DNA from: Alphaproteobacteria bacterium
GTDB lineage: Bacteria; Pseudomonadota; Alphaproteobacteria; SP197
Reading direction: 5' to 3'
Assembly (NCBI GenBank): GCA_964291265.2
Contig: OZ219747.1
Span: forward strand, 2,944,001 to 3,008,000
Length of the DNA stretch: 64,000 bases
A program made the translations under genes and the position numbers. Each line of letters begins with the position of its first letter. Position 1 is the first letter of the stretch. The notes beneath the pieces are model-generated. The model saw only the letters and a program-made list of their open reading frames with translations. It did no database searches and was not told the DNA's origin. This document shows positions 62,526 through 64,000 of this stretch, one piece after another.

Positions 62526-63773
62526 TCAGGCGGAGCGCAACGCGGTCCTGACTTCATGCATGGCCCGCCGTCCCGAGAGCCAGGCGCCATGGCACGTTGC
62601 ATGGAATTCCGGAATGGTGGCCTCGCCTGCGAAGAAGATGCGATCATCGATCGGCCTGGCGAGTTCCAGTCGCTGGTGCGCATGGCCCGGCGTGGCGGCG
62701 GAATAGGATCCCAGCGTCCACGGATCACCCTGCCAGGCCGTGACGATCACACGGTCCGTGAAGCGCCTGGCGATGGAAGAGCCCCAGGCCGCCTTGAGGT
62801 GTTCGGCAAGACACTCGACAGACGCCTCCTGACCTGAACGTTCGAGCCAGGAGCCGAATCGACCCCCCGTAACGCCAACGGCCCAGGACGTACCGTAGGG
62901 TCCAAGTTGCAAACCCATCGGTACCTCGCTGTTGGGAAGCAGCACTGTCATGTCCTCATCACGGCATTCTGCAGGGAGGTCCTTCAGCAGCATGGCAATC
63001 CGGTTGTGAACTCCGAGCGGCAACTCCCGTGCCGCCGTTTCCTTCCAGGCAGGAAGTCCGGGTTCGAATCTGATGCGCCCGGATGCCAGGACGTTGGTGG
63101 ATACCGTCACCAGGACGGCGCGGCCCCGCACCGTTCCCTTGGGCGTGGTGACGGCGACACCATCACCGGTCAGCGTGATCTTCGTCGCTTCGGCGTTGAG
63201 GGTCACCGGTATCGAGGCAGCCCAGGTGGCGACGAGGGCGCCGTAGCCATCGATGACCGGCCAGTCCTCGTCGGTATCGCGGTAGGCACTGACGTCATGC
63301 ACGCCGGTCTGATCCATGTCGCAGGAGGTTCCCAGAGAGAACCAGTAGGCGTCGTAGACCGCCCAGGGGCTCTCGAGATCGACAACATCGCTGACGGCCT
63401 TGTCATCTGCAGCAAGAACCTCGGAAAACGCCCTGTCTCTCGCTGCAAGATAGCTATCGAACTCCGCCAGGGCTTCGTCGTCGAGCCGTGTTCTCCGGTG
63501 ATGAATGGTGCGGTCCCACCCGCTCTCGCGGCGATAGGCGAAACCGTGACTCTCGGCGATGGCGACAAAGGGATTGAGACTCGCCGAGTGCATCCAGTGG
63601 CACCCGAGATCGAAGGGTTGCCCGGGCGCAATCTCTTCGGTCAGGGCTCGTCCGCCAATCCGGTGGGAGGCCTCCAGGAGCGTGAAACTCAGTCCCTGTT
63701 CCATGGCCACGCTGGCGGCCGACAACCCGGCCGAACCGGCACCGATGATGATGACGTCACAGTGGTCAGCCAT
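62526..63773 (-). CDS. Flavin monoamine oxidase-family protein
   Basis: IIGAGSAGLSAA, LEASHRIGGRA, DLGCHW, W..DPWTLGSYS, FFAGEAT, TCHGAWLSG. Confidence 0.92.
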   Translation of the reverse strand: MADHCDVIIIGAGSAGLSAASVAMEQGLSFTLLEASHRIGGRALTEEIAPGQPFDLGCHWMHSASLNPFVAIAESHGFAYRRESGWDRTIHHRRTRLDDEALAEFDSYLAARDRAFSEVLAADDKAVSDVVDLESPWAVYDAYWFSLGTSCDMDQTGVHDVSAYRDTDEDWPVIDGYGALVATWAASIPVTLNAEATKITLTGDGVAVTTPKGTVRGRAVLVTVSTNVLASGRIRFEPGLPAWKETAARELPLGVHNRIAMLLKDLPAECRDEDMTVLLPNSEVPMGLQLGPYGTSWAVGVTGGRFGSWLERSGQEASVECLAEHLKAAWGSSIARRFTDRVIVTAWQGDPWTLGSYSAATPGHAHQRLELARPIDDRIFFAGEATIPEFHATCHGAWLSGRRAMHEVRTALRSA

Positions 63774-63878
63774 GGTGCGCGCAAGTTCCCTGTTGACGTC
63801 TCATCATGCACCCTACACACGTCATGATGGAAGTGCGCCGTTGCATGCCCGGACCTGGACTCCGGGGAGGGAGGGACG

Positions 63879-64000
63879 ATGAAGGAAGTGGTTCTGGGGC
63901 GCTGGGTCATTCCGGACGCTCAAGGCGATGTCATGGAGAACGGCGCTGTCGTCGTCGAGAACGGCCGCATTGCCGATGTCGGGCCGGCCGACGAACTGTG
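63879..64000 (+). CDS. Amidohydrolase-family protein, N-terminus (3'-truncated by window)
   Basis: GGAGG RBS; MKEVVLGRWVIPD...ENGAVVVENGRIADVGPADEL is a typical N-terminal beta-sandwich. Confidence 0.65.
   Translation, partial: MKEVVLGRWVIPDAQGDVMENGAVVVENGRIADVGPADEL

Noticed and set aside
63802-63829. CATCATG-N14-CATGATG inverted repeat between the divergent amine oxidase and amidohydrolase genes
   Set aside because: Could be an operator, but a 7-bp arm is too short to support without comparative data

Overview
High-GC alphaproteobacterial chromosome segment; the assignment rests on gene order (alpha operon without rpsD, lipB/tRNA-Leu/mgtE block, ccoNOQP-GHIS). 1-17.2 kb: str-S10-spc-alpha ribosomal superoperon, from the 3' end of rpsG to rplQ. 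17.3-25.6 kb: housekeeping genes (rarA, crcB, RluA family, ATP12, pccB/pccA, acylphosphatase, lipB). 25.6-29.1 kb: patch of nested mobile-element debris upstream of tRNA-Leu(GAG). 29.3-41 kb: mgtE, amino-acid catabolic genes (dgcN/dgcA, putA), a DUF3883 nuclease and an ArdC homologue with no plasmid context. 41.8-49.6 kb: cbb3 oxidase cluster. 49.7-56.1 kb: SDR/SDR/FAD-oxidoreductase/DapA-like cluster, split by an intact 2.4-kb IS4-family element. 56.8-59.8 kb: second accessory patch (Rpn nuclease, MITEs, IS1380 remnant, divergent UDG-family glycosylase). End of window: MttB-family methyltransferase and a flavin amine oxidase. Best candidate system: a DUF4338 (DruA-like, Mom/GNAT-like) domain fused to two unrelated transposase families, suggesting IS elements that carry a putative DNA-modifying module. 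Also notable is the G/T-skewed codon usage confined to tuf. All calls come from reading the sequence and recognising motifs; no searches were run.
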